A DNA stretch of 61,223 nucleotides, counting the filler, from Sphacelaria rigidula (taxonomy: Eukaryota), in the NCBI GenBank assembly GCA_964200075.2. It is 7 parts of 7 records of this genome, joined end to end, with 100 filler letters (N's around TTAATTAATTAA, not from the genome) between each part and the next. Parts side by side here need not be neighbours in the genome. Positions count along the whole stretch, not along the records: positions 17,526 to 26,187 come from CAXNAA020010464.1; positions 26,288 to 34,947 come from CAXNAA020010465.1; positions 35,048 to 43,706 come from CAXNAA020010466.1; 4 more parts are not named here. The stretch is one strand, 5' to 3'. The notes below the pieces were generated by a model. The model saw only the letters and a program-made list of their open reading frames with translations. It was not told the DNA's origin and ran no database searches. The position numbers and the translations under genes were made by a program. Of this stretch, positions 25,789 through 38,400 are shown in pieces. Within the stretch, counting starts at the first letter, position 1. Every line of letters starts with the position of its first letter.

Positions 25789-28700
25789 GTGATATTGGAC
25801 CAAGCGTTAGATTTGCTTTGACATTGCGCAGCACTGCTGTCCGCGTATGTGTACGCATGGTTTCATCAAGGGTTTTACGTTATCGTTTTGCAGCAGACTC
25901 TTCTGAGTGTGCCTACGCTTCTTCTTTGGCATGAGTGGGATGTGCATGAAAGTTTGCAGTGTACGTACTGACTATGATTGTGCGTCGAATCGTGGGTATG
26001 TCTCCTCTGGGTGCTACTGTACCGTCCGTCACAGCACTCGACACTTCGAACATCGCCGGCATTTACATGTCGTGCACTCACTTCAACCGTGGCGTCCGTT
26101 TAAACGCACCTCCCCTCAGCCCCCCCCTTCTCCGTTAGCCTGGTCCGGCGAGAACCCGGCGTGCTCCGTCCCGGCTTTGTAGGGGCGNNNNNNNNNNNNN
26201 NNNNNNNNNNNNNNNNNNNNNNNNNNNNNNNTTAATTAATTAANNNNNNNNNNNNNNNNNNNNNNNNNNNNNNNNNNNNNNNNNNNNTGGTGTTGTGTGC
26301 GTCGTCGTGGGACCCGGCTCTTCTCGTCCGGGTGGAGACGGAGCAGGGGGGGGGGGGGGGAGTTTGGGATAGCTGTTCAAGTGGAGAGATAACGCCTACA
26401 TAGAAAAGGCCGTAGCCACGCGTATGCCGCGCATCAGGTATCCGCGCACACATGCTTCGATGATCGATACCATGGGTTTCAACACGGCATCAACACTCGA
26501 TCGATGATCGCGCGTCAAAATAGGTTCATGTACGAGAATGCCGGAAGACACGACTGAGCACTGCATGAACCAAATAACGTATACCCTCCTCCTCAATCAT
26601 AGCAAAATGTCGCTGCACGCCTAGTGGCTCAAGACTCTTTTGCCATCATTCCAACGGCATCCATGACCATTTCGCGTGTACATACGGCTACAAAATCCCG
26701 CAAAAACTCGCGGGACTGTCAATCGACAAAAACTCGGAAGAAAACCGATGGTGTTCAAGTGGTTAATACCTACGCCGCCGAACCTCCTTCTGAAGCACTA
26801 CTACAAATCAGCAGTCTCGCGAGAAAATTTAGGAGGAGGATAAGAGTAATACTGAGGGTACCTAATTGACACAGGAACTGTACTGAAATCAAGAAAAGTC
26901 ACATGTTACACTGGAATTAATGGATACACAAAATCATAGGCCCACCTTCCACGGAGGCATTATTTTGCCGCTGCCCCTGGAATTGATGAGCAAAGGGATT
27001 GGACGCATGTGCATGTCTACGTGACAAGTAGCCCGGCCGTGATATCAGGGATCAGTGCAGTCGTGGCCTCTTGTGCCAAGGCATGCGGACCATCTCTGAG
27101 CACTGCGAAGAGACTGAACGGGTACAACAGTGGACAGTGTGGCCTACAGTGTGGTGTGGGCTGGTGGCTAATGCACGTGCAGCGGTACCGCTTATGACCG
27201 ATCGCATGACTTGCGTTTAATTAGTGTCATCTTCACTTGAACTATGACTGCCAAGTTCTGTATGACCCACCAGTGCGCGTGTACGACATTTCCTTCTTAT
27301 TTCCCATCTGTGTCTCCTTCACACCATTGGCCGCGAGCATGGCTCATTTGTTCAATCATAATCTATTTTCCTTGAAAAAATACTGCATGACCAGATGACC
27401 TATCCTCCCGCCCAAAGTGTGAACACCCAGGCCCCTAGTTGGACGCTAAAACGACACTCTTGCTGGTAGAGAAATGAGGCGCGGCATAGACAAGGCCGTT
27501 GCCACCCATGTTACGTGCCACACAAACTTGTTGGTGCGTAAGCCACCATCAGCAGCGCTTTGCCGTCTCAGTACAACAATAAAATTGTCGCGCCAATATA
27601 TCGGCACGTTTATGGACTGAAACGAACACCTGTTGCCATTTTTTTGCAACAGTCGAACGGCATGGCATATTTGGTGGCGAGTGTGCGTGCTCGAGTCGCG
27701 GCAAGTGCGGGTGTGGTTGGGTGGTGTGTCGATTGTGTGCTAAAGGATTGCGAGAATTTCCCCCCACCCGTCGCCGCAACCCGGGGTGGGCGAGCACACC
27801 TTGACATGGGCGCCGTAGGGGCAAGGCTTTCCCCAAAAACCCTTGCTGCCACCAACTGCAGCGCGATAGCATTCGGATCCCTGTCGCTGTATGCTTTGAC
27901 AACAGCCGTGGTGGGTAGCAATAATGTGTCGCGGCGTAGCCACCCCGAACACGGAGCATGGCTGATGGCAAAGTAATCACAGCTGGACGATATGCGGAGG
28001 GTATGTACGCGTGTTGCTCAACTACGGCAAAATGTTACAGCACGCCTATTTGCCATTAGTGTACTTTGCAACACTTCTGTGACCTTTTCATGTCCTTCTG
28101 GTGTCCAGCTAACAGAGGGCTGTCTACAATCCCAGGCGCATTTTGGATCTTCATAAAGGCAAATTCATCTACATCCTTCCGCTAACGCTAACCATAATCC
28201 CAATCCCTACGAAGGCGACTTGAGCAAAAACTCATCGCGGCACGGCGCGGCGGACCTGGGAACTGGTTTGGCTCAGAACCGAGTGTAAGCGGTATAAAGA
28301 TCCAACGGCGTCCGAGATGTTGAACTCTACTGATCGAACGCCTCCGAGACCCTTACGGCTAAAACATCGGAACAGAATCCACGGGCGTTCAAACGGACTT
28401 CTCCCATCAAGAGCTGACGATCAGCCTTCGAGCAGGCCTCCTTTTCGGGACAAAGGCTCGATTCCAAGGGGATAACTTGGCTGCGAGTACTGGATATCCA
28501 AGAATGATGGATTCACTGGAGCACCGTGGGTCCGATTCGTTTGTATGCATCTAGGGATATAGGTGGTTATGATGTGGTGTGTCGCTTGCTCGCTGGGTTC
28601 ATGTTCGCGTGTGCCATGCTCGTACGGTGTCAGTATGTTCCGTTATCCGTCTATACAATAGGCAATGGGCTATCAAAAGTATAAGTGCCGTTAGACCCTC

Positions 28701-29380
28701 TTCATGGTTGGTGACTGCGGGATCGGGATGGAGGAGCCAGATGAATCCACCTGTGGTGAGGATATAATAACGAAGAAACTACATCATCATCAACACGGTA
28801 CGAGCTTTACATTGTCCATACTGTGAGAATGTCATCTCTACGACTGTCAGTATAAAAACTAAAAATCGCCAATAGACATGTTCGGTGCCCAACGTAGCGG
28901 ACGCTCCTCTTTACGTGGATTGTGATTGCTGTAGATGGAGTGCAACCGTAAAGTCTGTGTTATGTCATATGAGCGACGAAATTATAGGTTCGAGTATCTT
29001 GACTTGAGGTTATCGATCTACTGTTTACTTGATTTGCTAGAACATGACCGACGCCTACACGGCACAACAGCTGGTATCAAACAGATGAAAATGGATGATT
29101 ATCCATCATCAGGCTGTATAACAGTATGGTGTTGATTAAACAATCCTACGGGGGATCCTCCCAGACAACACATGCCCACAGAACGCACCTCTCCTCAACC
29201 TCGACCACAAAATAGACAAGAACGGTATGAAAAGACTCAATCTACCGCTGCGCAAGGCAATAAAAACACGGCAGCAATAGCAAACGATGGTACAATGGAT
29301 CTATAGCGCACCACACAGATATCGCCCCCCCCCCCCCCCCCCATGCACTGACCTCCAAGAGAGCAATAACCCGCTCTCAC

Positions 29381-29779
29381 CTGCATAGCCTGCTCGATCG
29401 CCCCGCTAGCCTTGGCCGAAGCCGTCTCCCCCGCGCATCCCACCCCGACCCTCAAACTAATGCCATGGTGGATCCCAGCAAGATCTCCCCCCGTCACCCC
29501 CGCCGACGCCGTGGTGCACGCAGAGGGCTTGATTCCTTTCGCTACCGACCCATTGCCCAGCGCGTCTAGCAGCCTGACCGCGTAGTCCTTGTCGGAGGCA
29601 GTGGCGGCGCCATCGCCCAATGTTTTCACAGCGACCTCTACGTAGGCATCAGCATCGTTCAGCGAGAAATGTTCTTTCAAGGGTGCGCCAGCAGCACATG
29701 GAGCATGGATCGTGACGATTATGCCGGTAGCCACCGCCAGAAATAGCGTCCGGCGCCACGGCATTCGTTCAGGCCGCAT
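29381..29779 (-). CDS. First coding exon of an uncharacterised protein with a probable N-terminal signal peptide
   Basis: MRPERMPWRRTLFLAVATGIIVTIHAPCAAG.. hydrophobic leader, GC-rich coding-like frame, ends AMQ|GTGAGA donor. Confidence 0.6.
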
Positions 29780-31209
29780 TTTGGTGGTGATAATGGTGGT
29801 GGTGGTCGTCCTAGTAGGTGTTCCCGTAAAATCTGGAGATCGGAGTTGTAGTCGACCGTGTTGCTTTTATACATTTGTCATAATCTACGAAGGGGTAAGG
29901 TTTAATTGTTATCGCAAGTTGTTACCTCTGTTACTTGTCTTATCGCCGTCTGGTAACGCTGCGCACAGGCTGGCAGGACAAGGTCATCTACGCTGCTTCT
30001 ACAACAATACACCAACACAATGTCTTCACAAGGAAGAGAGACGTCGGGTGGTGGTGGAGCTGATGCAAGAAGAGGTGAAGCACGAGGTGATTGACCTTAT
30101 TTGCCCCACCCGATCCGCGGTCAGTCGTTGTTTCCCCACACAAAAGATACGCTGTACGAGTACCGTAGACCGGAGTGTACAGTCAGCAGCCACCCGATCT
30201 TATGGGGCGTTTGCAGCTGTACAGTTGTGCTCCAGCTGGGTGGTAGGTGCCTCGGGAGGTTATATTGTCAGCCGTAGCCAAGCCAAGCATCCGGGAGACG
30301 ATCGGATTTCTGTGTAGTGTGTCGTTTGTCGCTGCAGGGAAAGCTGTCTGTAGCAGTTCGTCCCAGCGCCGGGCGTGTACAAAGTGAACAGTACGTCTCG
30401 CCTGTCGCATCGCGAGTCATCGAGAACAACTGACAACAAGACAACAGTGCGAGTACAGCAGTACAGTCGAAATGACGACTGATCGATTGGAGTATCGCAC
30501 ACTAGAGGTTATAGATACAAACCAGACGGTACAATAGATGGTAAAGTTGATACCGACGGTACCCCAACCGCGGTGGCAAGGCAGCACCCTGGTAATATGC
30601 TGACTTGCAGCTGCATGTCACCTTACCGATGTCCATGTACCCCCACTGTCGTAACGTCAGCCAGCTCCATCAAAGTGGAGATCACCCGCACAAATTCACC
30701 CGCACGTCCCGTATGTTAGGTGTATCATATCACTTCACTCTACTGTGCTGCAGTGAAAACGAAGTTGAGCTGCCACAGCAATATCCCGTCGATGCAGATC
30801 AATCAGGTCGTGATCTGCGCATCTTGATGATAATCTAACCATAGGGCAGATATCTATTTACCTGGCATCCCCGTCAAATTCTCGATTGTTCATTGAACTC
30901 CATTTTCAGTTAGCCCCGTCATCTACAGAAATATCTCGATTCTGAAGTTTACAGGGAACCCCGAAAATACATGTACAGCGGGCGACGCTGATTTTTCGTG
31001 TGAAAGTTTCTTGGGGCATGGGGAAACGATCGATACTCCCACCTTCACCTAATTCGTTATCTGTCTAGATATATGACGCGCATAATGTTCGATACTAAAC
31101 TGAAGATATTACGAGGAGAGGCTGGATTCCGCGACTCAGTTTCGAGAATTGTGCTTTAAGGTTCGGCATGAAGTATCGCAAGGGCAAAACAAAACAAACA
31201 CTTTCCATG

Positions 31210-31600
31210 TTGTGGTTTTTTACAGGGCCGCTTCTTGAGGCAAATGAAGATAAAGTATGAAAACTGTCTTTTTGGAGCTTCTGCGTCGTTTCACGCGATA
31301 AAAGCGAGCCTGGTGAATTTTGACACCTTGGAATGCCTTGCTGTACTCGTTGAGGAGGTTCGAGCACACCTACGCGTTTTTCGGATTGCCGGAGTCTTTA
31401 TCTCGGCCAAACTTGCACTTTTCTTGGAGACCGCTCATTTTTCTCGGAGACCGGTCAAGTCCAGAAAACGGCGAGTTTGGCTAAGAAAAAATACTGCGGC
31501 CACTGAAGAAACGCGCAGATGTGCTGGAACCGTCTCAACGGGCACAACAAGGTATTCCATGGTGTCAAATCCACCTCGCTCTCTTGCAGGCTGTATAACG
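31210..31600. repeat. Foldback repeat family C copy
   Basis: TTGACACCTTGGAATG at ~31320 and inverted ATTCCATGGTGTCAA at ~31555; inner GCCAAACTTGC / GCGAGTTTGGC pair. Confidence 0.75.
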
Positions 31601-33504
31601 ACGCAGAAGCACCACAAATGCAATTTTCCAGAATTTTATTTTTGATAAGAAGCGGCCTGAAACGAGTATATCACGTTTGCATGAAATATGGATATTGTTT
31701 TTTGCCCTCCGACTCATGAAAGAAAAAGGTGGGAAACTCAATACGCGGTATGTTTCTTTTGATTTTGTCCTTGCGATACAGAACTCGACATAGATTGTTA
31801 ATCTCCTAGGATCTCAGACTGAATTTTTGTAATTCAAAAATCCACAGATGAGTATTTGTGCTTGACTCGAGGAGGAAGGAAGAATTAGGGATCGGAAAGG
31901 ACAAGAGGCTCGGCGGGTATCGAATCTGCCAGAATGCATTGCACCTTATAATAATGAGAAACTGCCGTAACAACGTCCAAGACCGCATCAGGGCTCCAAC
32001 CAGGCTGCCTCCCCCCTGAAACTGCCGAAACATCATCGATCTCTACCGGGACACTCCTCGCACAATGAAAATCTGTCACACCCTGGACAATAGATTACAT
32101 TGTCAAAAAAATGCACTGTGTACAGTATAGAATCTGTTGTCCATTGCAAGAGCCGCAATAGTCGATACTGTACGCAGTACATTTTTTGACAATGTTATAC
32201 ATTGTCATTATCCAGGATGTGCAATTTGCACAATGAAACTCATCTTCATATCGTCTTTGGAGCCACTCAGTTCGGGAGGCACGACCTGACGCGAGCTGTC
32301 GCCGGTGCAAAAAAGGCGCTGTCGAACTCTGAAGCATTACCCCCGAACTCCACCATACCTAACCCTAACCTCAACCCTAACCCTCGGCAGAAAACTTGGG
32401 CCACATGTCATGTGAACCACAGTCATTAAGTCCATATCGCTGAATTTGGGGTTGCGCGTTGCAGCAGTGCGCAACAAGGTGGAAAAGAGGTCAGTTTTCT
32501 TCTCCGATAAACTTTTTTTTGGCCCAAGACTGGTGGTGTACTGCTTGCTGTTGAGTGCCTACGGCGGGGTTGAAAAAGTTCAGAGTCACCTTGTGCGCTG
32601 ACGCAAACGGGAGCCGTGGGCAACATGCGCTACCCGCAGGAGCCCCCGGAGGGCGGCCCCCGCGTAGGAGCCGCCGGAGCGAAACATGTGTTTTGTTCCC
32701 GTCAAGATACTGTACGCCATAGTCGATTAAAATATAGGTTGCAAAACCTGTAGATCGTTCGTAGCCTAGCAGTTAGAGTATTGCTTGCATTATCAGTATG
32801 CATACGATTAAACACGCGGGCTTTTTTTCGTCGAGAAACGCCGGAAGATTGATCGCAATATGGGTCGAAATAGTTCAGTTTTGTCCTACAAATCTACAAA
32901 TGCCTGCGTGGCGCCCTTTGGGCAGACCACTACACGTAACAAACAGCTCCACTTTTTTCCCGCCTCGCCGAAAAGTATGCTGCACATTTCGCTTTTCGCG
33001 GCGAGCCGCGAGCGGCCCTTCATGAAATATGTGCCGGTGCACATGCACACACTTTTATTTACCCTGACACTCAGACCCTTGGAGCATAGAATAGGGGTAG
33101 AAGTACCCTGGCCTGCACGAGACAAAGTGTCGTATCTAACGTCTTTGCAGAATAAAACTTTACTCTTGAAAAATTTGACGCTTTGCACCTCTTCGAACAA
33201 TGAGGATTTCGATTCAGGTAATTCCGCTGAAATCGGAGAAAAAGTAAGACGCGAGTCTCGCCCAAACTAGGAGATTCTTCAACATTTGTCGCGTTCTGTC
33301 TTCCGTATCAAGATTCCAGAGCACAACTCTCAAAATAGTGAGACGCGAAACCAAGATTTAGTGCCTCCTTCGTTTTTCAGGCTGGCCCAGCGCGTAGACT
33401 GTCATGTAATTATGATATTGAAATTGTGTGGATACAGACAGTAAATAACACGCCCATCCGCCGTGACTAATCCTTTCTACATCCGCCCCTGCGCTACTCC
33501 TCAG

Positions 33505-34810
33505 GCAGAGGAGGAGGAGGCAACGGCGCAAAGAAGCCCCGAAGATCTCGCCACGGTCGAGGTCGGGGCGGTGGTAGCGGCGGTGGCCCGGACGGAGGAG
33601 GAGGCCAATCCGGAGGCGGCGGCGGAAGAGGCAGAGGCTACAACGGTGGCGCTCCGCGCCCACCTCAGCACAACAATGGGTCCACGGCACGCGGATTCGA
33701 GCATTCAGACTCAGCGCAAAATGGAATGGATTTCGCTGCACAGCCGCCCGCGCCGCCTCGGCACCAAGGTCCGGGTGGCGACGGTGGCGGCGGGAGCGGG
33801 AGCGGGGGTAAGGTCAACCCGAACTCAAGGACGTCGTCCACGACCATGAGCCAGATGACGCAGAACAGCTTTGCCGAGCTCTCGCTATGCGGGGCGACGC
33901 AGAGGGCCATTTCGGAGGTGTTGCGATACGAGACGATGACCAAGGTTCAGGTCCACGCTATTCCGCCCGCGTTGGCAGGTGCGTTTCGTCTCGTTTTTGC
34001 CACGTACTGTACCCGCCAGCGAAGACGAAAATAAGAAAAGGCCGTCAACCTATGGAACGCTCAACCTTGTGGGGAAGCTGAAAGTCTCGAAAACGAAATA
34101 GAGAGACTCAGTTTCATCCCGACTTTTACGGTGGTTCACGCTCGCAAATTTCCGCCACGAATTCGGCCCGAGCGGGTGTCTCACGCCGTCTAACTTCGTA
34201 GACCTCGCTTTCGTTCAGTAGGCTCTTGCTTCTCATGCGTTTTTTTTCAAAACAATTATGCCTTTTGTCCAAAAGGGGGCCATTTTAAAGCAGAAACCTC
34301 GCCGAGGCGTTACGATTACTTGGGTGTAGGGTGCAAGACCGAAAAACAAGGACGCGTAATTTATGCGAATTATGTGAAAGCAAAAGAAGAAAGAGGCTGA
34401 CCGTTCGCTTGCTTCTCGCAGAGAACGCGAGCGGGTTTGTTTGCATTGAAGCGCGCGCACACACACACGTTGTGTCCCCGCGGATTTGATGTCCTCCGTT
34501 ACACGCAGATCCTACCAACGTGGAAGTTGTAACCGTTGTAGAGTTACTCTGACCTCATACTCCTGGCAAGAGTTGCTGAACAGGAAAACAAACGTTGAAT
34601 CCTTCTTCCATTCCTTTCACTACCGTTCCAGGCCACGACGTGCTCGCGAAGGCCAAGACGGGCACCGGAAAGACATTGTCGTTCTTGCTGCCTGCAATCG
34701 AGGGCGTAGCACGCACCCCCCGCCACCAACGCGGCGGCATCTCCGTGGTTATCATCAGCCCGACCCGCGAGCTAGCGCAACAGATCGCCGATGAGGCCGC
34801 TCAGGTTCTG
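33505..34810 (+). CDS. DEAD-box RNA helicase, Mss116-like, partial; exons 33505-33978 and 34632-34810
   Basis: Gly/Arg-rich N-terminus, Q motif (SFAEL...YETMTKVQ), motif I AKTGTGKT, motif Ia SPTRELAQQI; phase-1 GT..AG intron joins LAG|HDVL. The scaffold ends before the DEAD motif. Confidence 0.92.
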
Positions 34811-35422
34811 GTGAGGATAGTTTTTTCCCTCCCACTTCGGAGTACTATTTTTATGTTGATTATTATGTTCGTCACATTGGCTCGATCTCTCGAACCCGTG
34901 GTCACAGAGTGTAAAGAGCATACCATCAATATACCCATAACCCAAACNNNNNNNNNNNNNNNNNNNNNNNNNNNNNNNNNNNNNNNNNNNNTTAATTAAT
35001 TAANNNNNNNNNNNNNNNNNNNNNNNNNNNNNNNNNNNNNNNNNNNNTCTATGAGTACGCCCCCCCCTCCCACCCACCCCGCACGCGTTGAATACCACCC
35101 CGGGATGCACCTTACCGGTACCCACGGTAGTGCACAAGAGTACGTGATACGTCACCCACCCACACACGCACCCCTTTATATAGTATAGTACGGTACAGCA
35201 GCCAGTCGGGACATGACATATTCAAAGGTGGAAGGTGTTGGTTGCGGTACGTGTGAGTGTCTGGGGTCAACAAGTTTTGATTCCCGGGTGACACGACAAA
35301 AAAAAGTGATGACAAAATCGAATGAAAATGGGCATCTGAACAAATCTGTTCCTGTATCGGTCTGTCTGTCTGTCTGTCTCTCGCTGCGCGTGTGTTTTGG
35401 TCCTGGTGTACTGTACGTTCAG

Positions 35423-38400
35423 ATGATGGTGGTGATGAAGCGCGTCAAGTGGGACGGTATCACAGTAGGCTCCAAACTCACCGCTTCCATCGCCCAAGCG
35501 CATGACGAGCTCAAGGTAACCCACTACATCTTGTAACCAGCTTGACGTATGTCCGTCTGATTTCCGATTCCACTCACCTGATGTATGGATATATGTGTAC
35601 ATCGCATGTATGCTGCATAGACGCGTTTGTTTGGTTTTTCGAGAGACTTTCAACCCCTCCCCTTCCTTGTTCTTGAGGGATGAATCTATGTATCCTGGAT
35701 ATTTTTTCGTTTTGTTGTCCTGCATCATGGTCGTTTTTTTTTTTTTTCATTGCTTCAGCAGTAGATGTCCTCCTTGCACATGTATATATGCATGTATCTA
35801 TGTTTCTCTGTATCTATGTATTTATGAAAAAATATATGTAATATGTATGTGACATGATCGTTTCTGTCTAATTCATTATTCCCTCTCACAAACACCCTGC
35901 TATCCTCTGCTCTTAGTTCCACGTGACCTTGCATGACTGCAAATTCAAGACCGTCAAGCCCGCGTTTTTACGCGGCACGCTCAATAATCCGCACGGTCAG
36001 TCACCGCGGCGGCTCGCGCGGGGGACGGGGGGGGGGGATGGACGTAAGGATTAGTGCCGGAGCAGGGGCGTCCCACTTACTCCTCTGCCGTTTTGCTCTT
36101 GTGTTGTACGTGTGTGCCTTTTTTTTGCAGTGTCGGTGCGTATGGTCTGTGTTGTCGCCTCGCCTCACTAGCGTTTTACCGCCATGTGCCATTTTTTGTG
36201 TAGTTCGGTCGTTCCTTGTTCTGGAGTACGACACTGTTAGGCGAGTCCATTTTGGAGAGTAGTCACGACAGTCGCCGCCGTCCCGAAATCGACTACGCCC
36301 CCGCACCCTCCCTGCTCACGCGTCTTCTTTTCAATGTGTTTATGGCTGCGTGTGTGTGTTCCCTTAACTATTTTCCCTCAGGCCCGATTGTTGTTCAAGG
36401 CAAGGGACCTGGTTCCTTGCGCTCTGTGCGGCCTTAACACGCAGGTTTGTGTCGGTGGAGGCAATGGTTGTACTCGTGTGGCAGACGGTCGTGATGCGGT
36501 TTGCTGCGTGATGATCGTTTTTCATTGTTTTCCCCGTCCATGTTTGCGTGTGTATGTGTGTGTTTATGTTGTGCCTGGTGTGTTGCTGCCTTAGTTCCGA
36601 CATTGCGCGTGGTTTGGCGGGAACTGCGGTTTGGTAAAAGAGCTGTTTGTGTTGACTGCGTCGATGCTGTTGCTGGTGTTGTGGTGGTGATGTTGTTTTT
36701 GTTGTTGTTGCTGCTGCTGCTGCTGCTGCGGCTGTGGCTGTTGTTGTCATTATTTAATTCCGTCCTTGTACTCCGACGCTGTTGTCATGATCCAAATTTG
36801 CTGAGATAATCAACTGTTGTCATGATTCATTATGTTGCTGTCTGCTAATGTCATTCAATTACCATCACTCCAATCACGTCGGATGAAACACACACGTGCC
36901 TTGTCCAGTGCTTTTGTAGAGAATAAGTATAGTAGTTTTCGACGCAGCCCTTTTTGTTTTTGCTCTGCTCCGTTCTCACTGATACCACCTCTGCGCTTAT
37001 CGAGATATGTCGGTTTGGCCCCTCGTGAGCGTTTTTTTTTCTTGTTTCCGAGAAATTTTCGGCGTTGTTGAACTGGATTGGCGCGGGAAAATATTTTGCG
37101 ATGGCGGGGCTTTTGAAAACTCGGCGCACGTATGCTGCTGTGTGGGGTAGTCAGGGGGTCATTCGTGGCGGCACCCGAAACACGGAAACTTCTCTGTACA
37201 CTTTCTACGATAGCCCCCCTCCCCCCCGAAAAAAGACTTGCCTGGTTTGGGGAAGCAAAATCTTCACGTAAATCGCAATGGAAAAAGCCGAGCACAACGA
37301 GCAGCTGGAAATTCCCGCGCATATCGAAGAATTACGTGGTGTGTAGAGTAGTCCGCCTCTGGTACGTGTTTTGAGTCCAGGAGGGGTCTAAAGGAGTTGA
37401 GGTGTCGAATACACTTCGCCCGTTAGTGGAAAGCCTCTGGATGTACAACACGTTGCAAGTTCCCGGGCATTTCATTTTGCGTGCTAGTTATTCTCCGGAG
37501 CGTTTTCGGGGCCTCAAATTTCACTCGTTTCCGCTATGGCCCGGGGAGAATGACCTATCCCACCGCGGGGCAAGGTGTATTAGTCTTGCATGTGTGCTCG
37601 ATATTTCCGCGAAAACTACGGAGGGGGGGTTGTGAGCGGAATTCCAATATTGTACTGAAGTCAAATGAAGATTGGCAAGGTTCCGTTCTTACCACAGAAT
37701 TACGAAGTGAAATTTCAAAGCCATATTACCATACAGCCATACAAAGTTAAGCGTAGATACTGTAGAAAGACGGAAGAAATAAAAAAAAAGGTCGTTTTTT
37801 CCTGCTGTTGCGGCGAGAAATGACCCTCCTTGCGGCAGGTGAAATCCTTTGTGTTTTATTTACACTTGATTTCAGTATCGCGTTGGTACAATCGCTCAAA
37901 GTTCTATTTTTCCGCATTCTACGGAGGTATGGAGCGCGTGCCGAGCACACTTTGCCCAGTGCGTGCGAAAACCTCGAAATGCACCGTGGTCATCGTATTG
38001 ATGCTGCTCAAAGGAAGATACATCCCAACGCGCACGTGTCATGTGAGTAAGTGGTTTGTGGCTTGTTTCTGCGACGCTCAACATCTTGGTAGTTCCGCTG
38101 CCGCTGAGAGTTACCCTCACGTTGCGTCGACGCTGAAAGTTCCGCAAACGAAATGATCCTCTCGACGTCCTTGACCCTTGCTCTTCTGCCCCACCCCCGT
38201 CCACTGCCAGGTCAATCTTACCGCTGATAACATCATGGAGCTTGTCACCACGTGCATGGTGGTGCTCCAGGCCCCCCTCGACCACTCCGGTGAGACCTCG
38301 TTTGCTTCACCGGCGCTAACAACCTTGAAATATGTAGATACACACTACATATTCTGGTACAGTGTTCTGGACCGAAATAGGTGGCCGGTACGGATTGTGT

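Noticed and set aside
27549-27980. GC-rich overlapping ORFs as a gene or further exon of the 29779 gene
   Set aside because: No recognisable motif and no convincing splice pair; possibly a TE remnant.
32358-32383. True telomere
   Set aside because: Short, degenerate, internal tract; similar tracts sit within dispersed repeats.
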